This document shows positions 1 to 8,166 of a stretch of 64,000 nucleotides of DNA, in pieces (position 1 is the first letter of the stretch; every line of letters begins with the position of its first letter). Made by a program: the position numbers and the translations under genes. Source of the stretch: a virus (lineage: Duplodnaviria; Heunggongvirae; Uroviricota; Caudoviricetes). The notes beneath the pieces were generated by a model that was not told where the DNA came from, did no database searches, and worked only from the letters and a program-made list of their open reading frames with translations. Where the stretch lies: positions 1 to 64,000 of IMG/VR virus record IMGVR_UViG_3300003973_000001, one strand, 5' to 3'.

Positions 1-51
1 AAAGATGATATTCTAACCAGCTTAACACGAGAAGACTCCTTGGAAGAATAA
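1..51 (+). CDS. 3' end of an upstream CDS (partial)
   Basis: Open frame from position 1 to a TAA at 49-51; no start inside the window. Confidence 0.3.
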   Translation, partial: KDDILTSLTREDSLEE

Positions 52-101
52 AGTATCGCTGCTCTTATTCCCCCTTTTCGGGGGGATGGGCAAAAACACC
101 C

Positions 102-359
102 ATGATGAAGGTTACCAGACAAGTGTGTATGGCAAGTATGCGCCTTGGTAGAAATGGCACTTTTATTGAAGGGAAGAAGTACTGGTGTAGACATTCAAGA
201 TTTGGAACTTCAATTTTGATGCTAAGCGAAGAGAAACAATGGATTAGAGTAATGGATTCTAAGATGACAACAGGCATTCAGCCTATATCTTACTTCACGT
301 TTACTGACATGTTCTTTGTAAAAGACAAGAAAGAGCTGAACGAATTAATTCAAAACTAA
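102..359 (+). CDS. hypothetical protein
   Basis: ORF track; weak RBS. Confidence 0.3.
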   Translation: MMKVTRQVCMASMRLGRNGTFIEGKKYWCRHSRFGTSILMLSEEKQWIRVMDSKMTTGIQPISYFTFTDMFFVKDKKELNELIQN

Positions 360-380
360 TATAAGTAGGAGGCAGTTATT

Positions 381-644
381 ATGAGGCTAAAATTAAATGA
401 TAAAAGAGAATATATAGCTAAAAAAGGTGATGTAATTGTTTATGGCATGTACAATTATCTAATTGTTCAAGAAGGTGACGGAGATTACACGCTACTGAAT
501 CTCAATGTTGGTAATGTAATGACTAATATTAAAGCTCAGACTATACCATCGCTAATGAAAGAAGCTCAAAATATATTGGGAAACTTAGGTTTTGCAGAAC
601 TCATACCAGAAGAAGAGATAGAGATGAGACGAGTAAAGGCTTAA
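381..644 (+). CDS. hypothetical protein
   Basis: ORF with TAGGAGG RBS at 365-371. Confidence 0.55.
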   Translation: MRLKLNDKREYIAKKGDVIVYGMYNYLIVQEGDGDYTLLNLNVGNVMTNIKAQTIPSLMKEAQNILGNLGFAELIPEEEIEMRRVKA

Positions 645-685
645 TAAAATCCATATTTTAATAATTATTACGGAGGTAAAGTGAT

Positions 686-838
686 ATGACAGTTGAAGAG
701 CTTATTGAGGAGCTAAAGCAATTAAATCCTAAGGAAACGCCTTTCTGGGTTGACGAGTATGGGAATAAGCGCATTATCAGCTCTGTGTCTGAAATTGATG
801 GCGACACAATGTTTGACTTAGATTACGAAGAAGAATAA
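686..838 (+). CDS. small hypothetical protein (50 aa)
   Basis: GGAGGT RBS at 673-678, then ATG at 686. Translation MTVEELIEELKQ... Too short for the ORF track. Confidence 0.4.
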   Translation: MTVEELIEELKQLNPKETPFWVDEYGNKRIISSVSEIDGDTMFDLDYEEE

Positions 839-849
839 ATCAAATTACA

Positions 850-868
850 TTAAACAAAAGTATTGCAC
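850..868 (+). promoter_or_regulatory. 19-bp conserved motif, class A (TTAAACAAAAGTATTGCAC); its TTGCAC followed 17 bp later by TATAAT (886-891)
   Basis: Exact-word repeat; see findings. Confidence 0.6.
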
Positions 869-896
869 AAAATAACAGGAAGAGGTATAATAACTT

Positions 897-1253
897 ATGA
901 AGACAAAAGCAGAACTTAAAAGAGAGCAGATTTTAACACGATTACGCAACCGAGGAGAGGTTGGAGCTACTAATGCAGAGCTTTCACACATCTCATTACG
1001 ATATGGTGCACATCTTGGAACACTGTATCAAATGGGTTACAAAATCGAGAAGGAATCTCTTGGAGAAGGTTTATACCGCTACATTTTAAAAGAAGAGCCA
1101 GAAGAAGGATTTGCTAAGATGCCAAAAGCATTAGAAGCTCTAAAGCAACATCTATTAGGACTTGGATATCCAGTTCTAACAAGCAACCTTGACTCTATTC
1201 TTGAAGATGTCGGCATTGCAGTAAAATACAAACCAAATACTTATAACAACTAA
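897..1253 (+). CDS. hypothetical protein
   Basis: ORF preceded by the 19-bp motif (850-868), a TATAAT at 886-891 and an RBS. Confidence 0.6.
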   Translation: MKTKAELKREQILTRLRNRGEVGATNAELSHISLRYGAHLGTLYQMGYKIEKESLGEGLYRYILKEEPEEGFAKMPKALEALKQHLLGLGYPVLTSNLDSILEDVGIAVKYKPNTYNN

Positions 1254-1269
1254 TCTGGAGGATGATAGT

Positions 1270-1548
1270 ATGAAACGCACTATGGATGATTTAACTAACT
1301 GTTTTAACGAAGCAAGTGAAGCAAATTCAAATTATGTATGTGTAGTAGTCAGTATGGCAGGTTTCCCAAAAGAAGAGGTTATTATTAACCAAAGAGAGAA
1401 CTTTGAAGCGAAGCTTAAATACTATCAAAACGTGTATGACAAAGGGTTAGACCACAAGCATGCCACAGGGGTTAAAATCATTGGATTCTCTCATGGCAAC
1501 ACATTTAATCAGATTCAAAAAGAGTTAGCTTTTAAAAACTTACTCTAA
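1270..1548 (+). CDS. hypothetical protein
   Basis: ORF with GGAGG RBS. Confidence 0.6.
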   Translation: MKRTMDDLTNCFNEASEANSNYVCVVVSMAGFPKEEVIINQRENFEAKLKYYQNVYDKGLDHKHATGVKIIGFSHGNTFNQIQKELAFKNLL

Positions 1549-1564
1549 AACAAAAGTATTGCAG
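1546..1564 (+). promoter_or_regulatory. 19-bp motif class A
   Basis: taaaacaaaagtattgcag overlapping the upstream stop codon; RBS follows directly. Confidence 0.55.
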
Positions 1565-1576
1565 AAGAGGTGTAAC

Positions 1577-1706
1577 ATGTTTTCAGCATTCGTACTTCTA
1601 GTGTTATTCATACTCCTTTTAACAGGGGTATGGTACACGCTAGGCAAATTAAACGTATTTGAGAAAATCGGAAACTTTATTTTAAATCTAAAAAATCTAT
1701 TTAACG
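1577..1706 (+). CDS. small hydrophobic membrane peptide (43 aa)
   Basis: AGAGGTG RBS then ATG. Translation MFSAFVLLVLFILLLTGVWYTLGKL... has a single TM segment. Lies immediately upstream of the SPFH gene. Confidence 0.35.
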
Positions 1707-1722
1707 AAAAGGAGTAATTATT

Positions 1723-2556
1723 ATGTCAATCAAAGCAAAAGTTGGAGCAGTAGTAGTAGCAGGAGGATTATTAGCAGGTGGAGTTTTAGGGATTATGTCT
1801 TTAACAGTTATTGACCAGGGACATGCAGGTGTTATCTATTCACGTTCAACAGGTGTACAGGAGCAAACATTAGGTCAAGGATGGCACATGGTTAGCCCAT
1901 TCGAGCGTGTAACAGAGTATCCAGTAGCAACAGAAACAGTTAAGGTAGACACATTTAAGGCTCAAACGAAAGATGGTAAGGCTTTAGAAGTTAGTATGTC
2001 TTATGACTACTCAAATGAATTAGAGAAGTTGCCACACATCTACAATAAATTCAAAGGTCAAGACCCAGATACTATTGAGGAAAGTTGGTTACAAACTCGT
2101 ATTAAGAAGGCTACATTGAATGTATTCTCTAAATACTCAGTTCTAGATGTATTCCAAAAGCAAGGTGAAATTAACGCTGAAGTCGAGAAAGAGTTCCGCG
2201 ACATGGTATCTAAACATGGATTCCGAGTTGATTCTGTAACAGTTGATTCTCCAACTCCAGATAAGAAGACTCGTGAAGCTATCCAAGCAGTAGTTAATGC
2301 ACAACAAGAACTTGAGCGTTCTGAAATCAAGAAGAAACAGGCTATCATCGATGCTGAAAAATCTGTAGAAGAAGCTCGTGGACAAGCTGAATCTGAGCGT
2401 GTTAAAGCTGAAGGCACTGCAAAAGCAAACCAATTACTACGTGAGTCATTAACTCCAGAAGTAATCCAGAACAAAACTATTGAGAAGTGGGACGGTAAAT
2501 TACCACAGGTAACTGGTGGTTCAACGCCAATGATTACAGTTCCACAAGCTAAGTAA
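1723..2556 (+). CDS. SPFH/band-7 (stomatin/prohibitin/HflC-like) membrane protein
   Basis: N-terminal TM segment followed by the SPFH-type block GVIYSRSTGVQEQTLGQGWHMVSPFERV, then a coiled-coil C-terminus. Confidence 0.75.
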   Translation: MSIKAKVGAVVVAGGLLAGGVLGIMSLTVIDQGHAGVIYSRSTGVQEQTLGQGWHMVSPFERVTEYPVATETVKVDTFKAQTKDGKALEVSMSYDYSNELEKLPHIYNKFKGQDPDTIEESWLQTRIKKATLNVFSKYSVLDVFQKQGEINAEVEKEFRDMVSKHGFRVDSVTVDSPTPDKKTREAIQAVVNAQQELERSEIKKKQAIIDAEKSVEEARGQAESERVKAEGTAKANQLLRESLTPEVIQNKTIEKWDGKLPQVTGGSTPMITVPQAK

Positions 2557-2663
2557 TGAAGAAGCGTAATAAGAGAAAGGGGAGCGCCATTGGGGCGTTC
2601 TTCGAATTTCTCGGAGCAATTCTAGAAGCTATATTCGAAGGATTATTTAAGATATTCGATTGA
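2556..2663 (+). CDS. small ORF (35 aa)
   Basis: ATG overlaps the SPFH stop. Basic N-terminus then a hydrophobic stretch. Confidence 0.25.
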   Translation: MKKRNKRKGSAIGAFFEFLGAILEAIFEGLFKIFD

Positions 2664-2673
2664 GGTGATTATA

Positions 2674-2832
2674 TTGGAAAAGACAGTAACAATGCAACTT
2701 AATAAGCAGGAGATACTTATTATCTCTAAAGCTCTAACTAAGGAGCAGTTATCAAAGATGCAATTTGACCCAGAGCTAGATGAGATTACAACTAAGATGG
2801 CTGTATCATATATGGAACTAACAAAAGAATAG
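2674..2832 (+). CDS. small hypothetical protein
   Basis: GAGGTGA RBS then a TTG start; in-frame ATG at 2692. Confidence 0.3.
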   Translation: MEKTVTMQLNKQEILIISKALTKEQLSKMQFDPELDEITTKMAVSYMELTKE

Positions 2833-2850
2833 AGAAGGGAGAGGAAGGCT

Positions 2851-3420
2851 CTGAAGCAGTTTTTAATACGCTATGATGAACTTCCTCCTTCTGTAAACAG
2901 CTACATTAAACCGAGTGCAAAGGTTATGGGTGGCAAGGCGATTGTACATATGTATGAAACGTCTCAAGCAAAGGATTTTAAAAAGAGATTTCAAGCTTAT
3001 TTAAAGCGAGAAGTGGCTAAACAGGGATGGGATAAGTCATCTACTGCAGAAGGACACTTTTACTTGGATTGCGTATTCTACCAGTCCAGAACAAATCAAG
3101 ATAACAATAACTACTACAAAATACTATGTGATGCACTAACTGGAATCGTAATTGAGGATGATAAGAACATTCTAGTCCGTACCCAATGGGTTATGTACGA
3201 TGCTAAGAATCCGCGTTTTATGGCTGTATTACGACCAGTTGAATACAAAGGAATATTTAGAAACCAAGAGTCCTATGGCAGATTCTTTGAGGATAACTGC
3301 TTCAATTGTAAGAAAGATAGCGAGAAATGTGCTATTCTTCGTAAGGCAAAAGAAGGTAGGGTTCAAGAAGATATCGAACAGGATAATAAGGGGTTTGTTT
3401 GCAAAAAGAGGAAGAGATAA
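2851..3420 (+). CDS. rusA: RusA-like Holliday-junction resolvase
   Basis: Motif YYKILCDALTGIVIEDDKNI matches the RusA catalytic region. The track ORF starts at ATG 2926, but the conserved RusA N-terminal motif (ELPPSVNSYIKP) is encoded in-frame upstream without an ATG. Start uncertain: CTG at 2851 or ATG at 2926. Confidence 0.7.
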   Translation: MKQFLIRYDELPPSVNSYIKPSAKVMGGKAIVHMYETSQAKDFKKRFQAYLKREVAKQGWDKSSTAEGHFYLDCVFYQSRTNQDNNNYYKILCDALTGIVIEDDKNILVRTQWVMYDAKNPRFMAVLRPVEYKGIFRNQESYGRFFEDNCFNCKKDSEKCAILRKAKEGRVQEDIEQDNKGFVCKKRKR

Positions 3421-3510
3421 TCTTTCTCTTTTTTTTATTGACTATAGTTGATTCTTGTGTGTTAGTGTGATACTATGTAATTAGAACATGAGGTTAGGAG
3501 AGGGTGATAA

Positions 3511-4548
3511 TTGGTAACAGAAATTGAGAAGATGCTACTCATCGATAATAGAACCAAGAAGAGAATCGGTAGCAATATCTTCTCTCGTGCATCTACAAGA
3601 AAAGGTGGGACTAACCAAGCGTTAAGAACGCCATATTTATATATGTCTACAAAAGAACGTAAAGCACTAAATGGGGAGGTTAAGAGATACAATATGAATG
3701 ATATTATTTCTTACAAAGACTTTAAAACAAAAGATTTACAAGAGAAAAAGAGGTTGATGAACTACTGGAGAGCTAATTATAAAGTTATTGATATCAAGAA
3801 GCAGATGGGTGGAATCACTGACTACATTTTCTACAAAATATTAGACGAGCTTGATATGGATAGAACTCCTTCTGGAGGCGGAGACCATAGAGAGATATTA
3901 GAGATTTCTCCAGAAGAACTTGAACAATATAAGAAGGAGTTTATAGATTATGAAATGTTCAAGCATCTCTCTAGAGAGACCCAATACGAATTGTTTAGTG
4001 TTTACTACGCGAAGACACCTGTTGTTAGTGAACTTGTTAGACAGTGGGAAGGCGCAGAGGCAGGTTATTTATACAACGTTAAAAGTAAGTGGATGAAATT
4101 TATGAAGGCGCAGAAAGCTGAAAAAGATACCAAAGAAGCTCCTAAATCAGAAGGAACTCCAGTTATCAAGGAAGAGAATCCTGCCAAAGAAGAGATTAAG
4201 GAACTGGGACAATCTATTGTAGAGAAATCTCCAGAAGTCTTTGAGAAGAAACCAGAGCCAGTAGCAGTAGTAGAAGAGCTTTCAGAAGATACAGTAGAGA
4301 TAAACGAACCTATAGGTACGGAAGAATCGTCCGAACCAGTAGTAGAAGTTCCAGAAGAGAAGGTAGTTGAGCAAGAAATCAAAGAAGATAAAGAAGATAA
4401 GTCTTCTTCAAATAAGAACAAGTTATCATTTGAGTTAAAAGGAAATTACAGTACAAGTGCTATTATGAAGTGTCTTCAATTTACTTTGGAAACGCTAGAG
4501 CAAGAAGAATCATTAACAGATATAGAAATCAAGGTTAAGAAGAAATAG
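3511..4548 (+). CDS. hypothetical acidic protein (345 aa)
   Basis: TTG start after AGGAGAGGGTGA RBS. Sigma-A-like promoter upstream (TTGACT at 3437, extended -10 TGTGATACT). E/K/P-rich low-complexity C-terminus. Confidence 0.55.
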   Translation: MVTEIEKMLLIDNRTKKRIGSNIFSRASTRKGGTNQALRTPYLYMSTKERKALNGEVKRYNMNDIISYKDFKTKDLQEKKRLMNYWRANYKVIDIKKQMGGITDYIFYKILDELDMDRTPSGGGDHREILEISPEELEQYKKEFIDYEMFKHLSRETQYELFSVYYAKTPVVSELVRQWEGAEAGYLYNVKSKWMKFMKAQKAEKDTKEAPKSEGTPVIKEENPAKEEIKELGQSIVEKSPEVFEKKPEPVAVVEELSEDTVEINEPIGTEESSEPVVEVPEEKVVEQEIKEDKEDKSSSNKNKLSFELKGNYSTSAIMKCLQFTLETLEQEESLTDIEIKVKKK

Positions 4549-4557
4549 GGGATAGAT

Positions 4558-4986
4558 ATGGTTGAAATACTGAGGATGAATTATGAAGAAAGTGTTAGAG
4601 TACACGAAGAGAATGGAATAATGTTAGAAAAGAAAATGTGCTACAACAATGTATTTAATGTATTATCTTATCATACTGGAAAGTTTCGCAGTGGAGAATG
4701 GCGCGTTGCATACGGATATTGGACTGCAATAGATGGTATTATGGCTAGACATTGTTATATAGTTGATAAGGATAATAATGTAATTGACCCTACAGCACCA
4801 CTTTCTACTGACGAAAATGTCAAAGATAAGAAGTATCTCACATTCAAAATAATTGACGGTCTAGATTCATATCTAGACCTTATAAATGAACATGACAGAG
4901 AACCTGCTCTATATAGAGCTTTCCTAGAAGAAGAAAAGGAAGCTCACGAATATGCTATGAAGAATAACTTAATTCTTATAACATGA
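4558..4986 (+). CDS. hypothetical protein
   Basis: ORF track. Confidence 0.55.
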   Translation: MVEILRMNYEESVRVHEENGIMLEKKMCYNNVFNVLSYHTGKFRSGEWRVAYGYWTAIDGIMARHCYIVDKDNNVIDPTAPLSTDENVKDKKYLTFKIIDGLDSYLDLINEHDREPALYRAFLEEEKEAHEYAMKNNLILIT

Positions 4987-5113
4987 GTATCATCTGTAGT
5001 CATCAATGTCATGAAGCCTATTGTATAAGAATTGGCTTTGTGACATAATATGGTTACAGATATACTATATAGTATATACTGTTACCATTAGAGACACTAA
5101 GGAGGATACGAGT

Positions 5114-5281
5114 ATGAGTAGCAAAAAGAGAGTACTCAATCCAGTAGAAATTAAAAAAGATGTAGATTACATTCCACTAGGAAGAGCATTCGATTTCTGG
5201 AACAACGAGGGAGACGATATTTATGACGAAGTCTATGGGGAAGACAGTGAATCAGGGCGAGGTATGGATAGCAAACGTTAA
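5114..5281 (+). CDS. small acidic ORF (55 aa), antitoxin candidate
   Basis: TAAGGAGG RBS at 5098-5105, ATG at 5114. Overlaps the MazF-like gene in another frame. Acidic C-terminus (DDIYDEVYGEDSESG). Confidence 0.3.
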   Translation: MSSKKRVLNPVEIKKDVDYIPLGRAFDFWNNEGDDIYDEVYGEDSESGRGMDSKR

Positions 5282-5567
5282 GTTCGTCCAAGATAATCAA
5301 ACCAAAGTCAGACCAGTCTTAGCAATAAGCTTAGAAATCGATGGGGATGACGATGTTGTCGTCCTCCCTGTCACTTCTCAGAATCCAAGAAATGACTACG
5401 ATGTAGAAGTTTCGGATTACAAAGGGACTGGATTGTTAAAACAACCATCGTACATAAGAACATCAAAGCCATTAACAATCGAAAAGAGAGAGCTTAAAAG
5501 AAAAATAGGCGAAATCAAAGATGTTGACCTAGCGAACGCATTGGAAAAGTTTCGTTCATTATTTTAA
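5223..5567 (+). CDS. MazF/PemK-like (CcdB/MazF fold) toxin endoribonuclease
   Basis: GEVWIANVKF...TKVRPVLAIS...VVVLPVTSQ...YIRTSKPLTIEKREL matches the MazF/PemK pattern (GDI-WxxxF...KxRPxLVxS...xxPxTS). Start is ATG 5223 or ATG 5235. Confidence 0.6.
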   Translation: MTKSMGKTVNQGEVWIANVKFVQDNQTKVRPVLAISLEIDGDDDVVVLPVTSQNPRNDYDVEVSDYKGTGLLKQPSYIRTSKPLTIEKRELKRKIGEIKDVDLANALEKFRSLF

Positions 5568-5573
5568 GCAGAA

Positions 5574-5612
5574 AAGATGGAAGATTCATAGTCTTTCATC
5601 TTTTTATTTTTC
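5574..5612 (+). terminator. rho-independent terminator after the MazF-like gene
   Basis: GATGGAAGA-ttcata-GTCTTTCATC stem followed by TTTTTATTTTT. Confidence 0.55.
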
Positions 5613-5616
5613 TCTG

Positions 5617-5728
5617 ATATCTCAAAAGACAAGTATTCTCTACTCTATGAGATATGATACCAATTTCATAATTATACTTAATATCTCATAAATATAAGTA
5701 ATCTTAACTTTCTGAGATGTCTTACAAC
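5617..5728. repeat. four operator-like half-site repeats (TGAGATAT / ATATCTCA) in alternating orientation
   Basis: gatatctca (5621), tgagatatg (5649), atatctcat (5685), tgagatgtc (5716). Confidence 0.4.
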
Positions 5729-5794
5729 CTCAAAAAATGACTACCTATAATAAAGCTTATGTAAACTAACTAAAAGTAAGTAGGTAAATAAAGC

Positions 5795-5831
5795 AAAACC
5801 CTCCTGCATGAACAGGAAGGCTGTTTTAGGA
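5795..5831 (-). terminator. rho-independent terminator for the small minus-strand gene
   Basis: CCTTCCTG-ttcatg-CAGGAGGG then TTTTGCTTTATTT on the minus strand. Confidence 0.5.
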
Positions 5832-5950
5832 TTCTGTATATTTTGTTGTATATTTGTTATGTAGATTTTACATAGCTATATGCTACCAGAGCGTCCTCTG
5901 GTGTATCGATACTCCCCTATTGTACTAAATGAGAGAGCGAATATCAATAT

Positions 5951-6112
5951 CTAATTTTTAGTTGCTTTCTTAGCAATATTATTAAATTTCTTAACTTCCT
6001 CAATATTCAAATCTTTTAGTTCTACATCTCTAACAGAACCATCCGTATATATCCCTACAGGTATAAGATGACCGTTCTCGTCTTTTCTTGCTCCAATAGT
6101 TACTCTAATCAT
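5951..6112 (-). CDS. small hypothetical protein (53 aa)
   Basis: Strong AGGAGAGG RBS, ATG at 6110-6112. Own rho-independent terminator at 5795-5831. Divergent from the XRE gene. Confidence 0.45.
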   Translation of the reverse strand: MIRVTIGARKDENGHLIPVGIYTDGSVRDVELKDLNIEEVKKFNNIAKKATKN

Positions 6113-6241
6113 TTATACTTCACCTCTCCTCATTTTATATAATAGCAAAAAATAGCCTCGCTCACTAACTTAACTTTTCTTGACCAATCGGTTAAGTTTT
6201 GTTAAGATAGCCTTACTATAATTTTACAAAGGAGAATCTAC

Positions 6242-6595
6242 ATGTCCGATATTGCTCATGTCACCGCAAAAAGAGTTAAAATGTTAAGATTAAAGAAAGG
6301 ATTGACTCAAAAGAGTCTTGGGGAATTGGTTGGGGTATCTGAAGCATTTATATCCATGATAGAATCTAGGTCATCTACTAACAAGAGACCATCTGGGAAA
6401 ACTATATCTCTTATAGCAGAAGCCTTAAACGTATCAACTGATTACTTATTAGGATTATCTAATACAGAAGATTTATTACCTTACTCTGATACAAGAAGAG
6501 AATTTGAAGCAATCATTGAAAAGGTCGAGCAGTTAGATGAGGATAAGCGTGTGATGGTCATAAAGATGATTCAATCTATGGTCAAAACATTATAA
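6242..6595 (+). CDS. XRE-family helix-turn-helix transcriptional regulator (CI/Cro-like)
   Basis: HTH block LTQKSLGELVGVSEAFISMIE. Sigma-A-like promoter upstream (TTGACC-17-TAAGAT and a TATAAT at 6216). Confidence 0.8.
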   Translation: MSDIAHVTAKRVKMLRLKKGLTQKSLGELVGVSEAFISMIESRSSTNKRPSGKTISLIAEALNVSTDYLLGLSNTEDLLPYSDTRREFEAIIEKVEQLDEDKRVMVIKMIQSMVKTL

Positions 6596-6651
6596 TTGCT
6601 GTTAGCGCATAATATTACGATACAATGGCTACACTTCTATTGGAGGTGTAT

Positions 6652-6889
6652 CATGTTATTTAAGAAGAGTAAGTCCCAGAAGGAAAAGGAGTTTAAGGCA
6701 ATTGAGGATATGTTAGTTAGCTCCAAGATAAAGTACGATGCGTATACTCTCGATTTGGTTAATGTCAAACATGATGAGACAAAGGAATTACTATCCAGAG
6801 AAATCGTTCATCTAAGAGAACTAATCGACACTCTGAAAATTACATATGTGGAATATGAGAAGAAGCATTTAAAGCGCAGAGAGAAATAG
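6652..6889 (+). CDS. hypothetical coiled-coil protein
   Basis: GGAGGTG RBS then ATG 6652. The track ORF from 6596 looks over-extended. Confidence 0.45.
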
Positions 6890-6926
6890 CATGGTATAAT
6901 ATGTATGAGTCGCGTCATTTTTCATT

Positions 6927-6958
6927 GCCTTGGCTAACCCCCAAGGTTTCTTTTTAAT
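6927..6958 (+). terminator. rho-independent terminator
   Basis: CCTTGG-ctaaccc-CCAAGG followed by TTTCTTTTTAATT. Confidence 0.55.
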
Positions 6959-7021
6959 TATCCCAATATTCTGAATAATATTGAAAAATAAGGCTATTTC
7001 ACTTTCGCTTCATTCTCCTAC

Positions 7022-7040
7022 TATATAATAGGAAGAAACA
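7022..7040 (+). promoter_or_regulatory. TATATAATAGGAAGAAAC promoter-like element (copy 1, upstream of rap)
   Basis: Perfect TATAAT plus conserved downstream AGGAAGAAAC. Same 18-mer at 10261 and (one base shorter) at 55133. Confidence 0.45.
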
Positions 7041-7071
7041 TGACATATATATATGGATGAAGGAGGATACT

Positions 7072-8166
7072 ATGAACGTCCCAGTCAAAGGAAACGAAAA
7101 GATTACGCAGTTATTAAACGAATGGTACATTGAAATTCGTGCCAGACGAATTGGTCAAGCTCATAGATTGAAAGAAGAGATTGATAAAAAGATTGATAGT
7201 ATAGAAAAAGACCAAACTCTACTATTGTATTACTCTCTCTTAGACTTTCGATACCAGTACATTTTAGACAATCTAGGAGTCTCTGTTAACAGCTTTGATA
7301 AGGTTGAAGAGTTTGAGATTCCAACGAACAACTTTTTAACTTATTACTACCACTTTTTTAAGGCTATTCATGCTTCTGGTATTGGTAACTACATGATAGC
7401 AAAAGAACACTTTGACAAAGCTGAATCTCTTCTTGAATTAGTTCCAGATGAGATTGAAAAAGCTGAGTTCTACTACAAATTAGGCGCTTTCCACTATGAC
7501 ATCTACGAATCACTTAACTCAGTTAAATATACTTCAAAGGCAAAGGAAATCTTTGAGCAACATGAAAATTACGAGCGAAACATAGGTTTCTGCGAGAATC
7601 TTCTTGGAACTGCTTGTACAAAGCTAAGAGAATGGGCTTTGTCAGAAGAGCATCTTATTAAGGCTATGGATATTTTCAGTAAGCATGGAGAAGAAAAATA
7701 TGTTCTAATGGTTAGACATAACTTAGGATATATGTATTCTAGTCAGAACTTATCTCCACTAGCAATTAGATATTTATCAGAGGTGACAAACCACAATCCT
7801 AGACATCACAAAGCTTTATTCTTACAAGCTAGAGAGCATTACAAATTAGATGAGCTTGATATCGCAAAAGATTTGGCTGATAGAGGATATAGTATCTGTC
7901 TTGAGTTGGGGAATATAGAGTATAAGCACCTTTTTGCAATTCTGAAATGTCTTATCTCGAATGTGTCTAGTGATGAATTGGAGAAGGTTACAATTGAAGG
8001 AATATCTTACTTTGAAGGCGAATCATTATATGAGTATATAGAAGAGAGTCAAGAGTATATGGCTGTTAAGTTCTATGAAGAAGGCAACCATACTAAATCT
8101 AGTGAATACTTCTATCTAGCTTCAAAAACGAGACAAAAAATTAAGGAAAGGGAGTCTTTAAAATGA
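7072..8166 (+). CDS. rap: Rap-family (RNPP) TPR quorum-sensing regulator/phosphatase
   Basis: About 365 aa. N-terminus ...KITQLLNEWYIEIRARRIGQAHRLKEEIDK...LLLYYSLLDFRYQYIL resembles Bacillus Rap N-termini. TPR-like repeats throughout. AAGGAGG RBS before ATG 7072. Confidence 0.8.
   Translation: MNVPVKGNEKITQLLNEWYIEIRARRIGQAHRLKEEIDKKIDSIEKDQTLLLYYSLLDFRYQYILDNLGVSVNSFDKVEEFEIPTNNFLTYYYHFFKAIHASGIGNYMIAKEHFDKAESLLELVPDEIEKAEFYYKLGAFHYDIYESLNSVKYTSKAKEIFEQHENYERNIGFCENLLGTACTKLREWALSEEHLIKAMDIFSKHGEEKYVLMVRHNLGYMYSSQNLSPLAIRYLSEVTNHNPRHHKALFLQAREHYKLDELDIAKDLADRGYSICLELGNIEYKHLFAILKCLISNVSSDELEKVTIEGISYFEGESLYEYIEESQEYMAVKFYEEGNHTKSSEYFYLASKTRQKIKERESLK

Noticed and set aside
65-100. GC hairpin CCCCC-ttttc-GGGGG near the window start
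   Set aside because: It is not followed by a T-run on either strand. Too little context to call a terminator or site.
3451-3475. GTGTTAGTGT word shared between the 3511 promoter region and 53336-53366
   Set aside because: Only two copies. The similarity is short and could be chance in AT-rich DNA. Noted but not called as an operator.
7057-7071. Upstream ATG as the rap start (also 55396, 57021, 60712 and 6596 as longest-ORF starts)
   Set aside because: In each case the first ATG overlaps or precedes the Shine-Dalgarno sequence. An in-frame ATG a few codons later has correct RBS spacing, so the downstream start was chosen.
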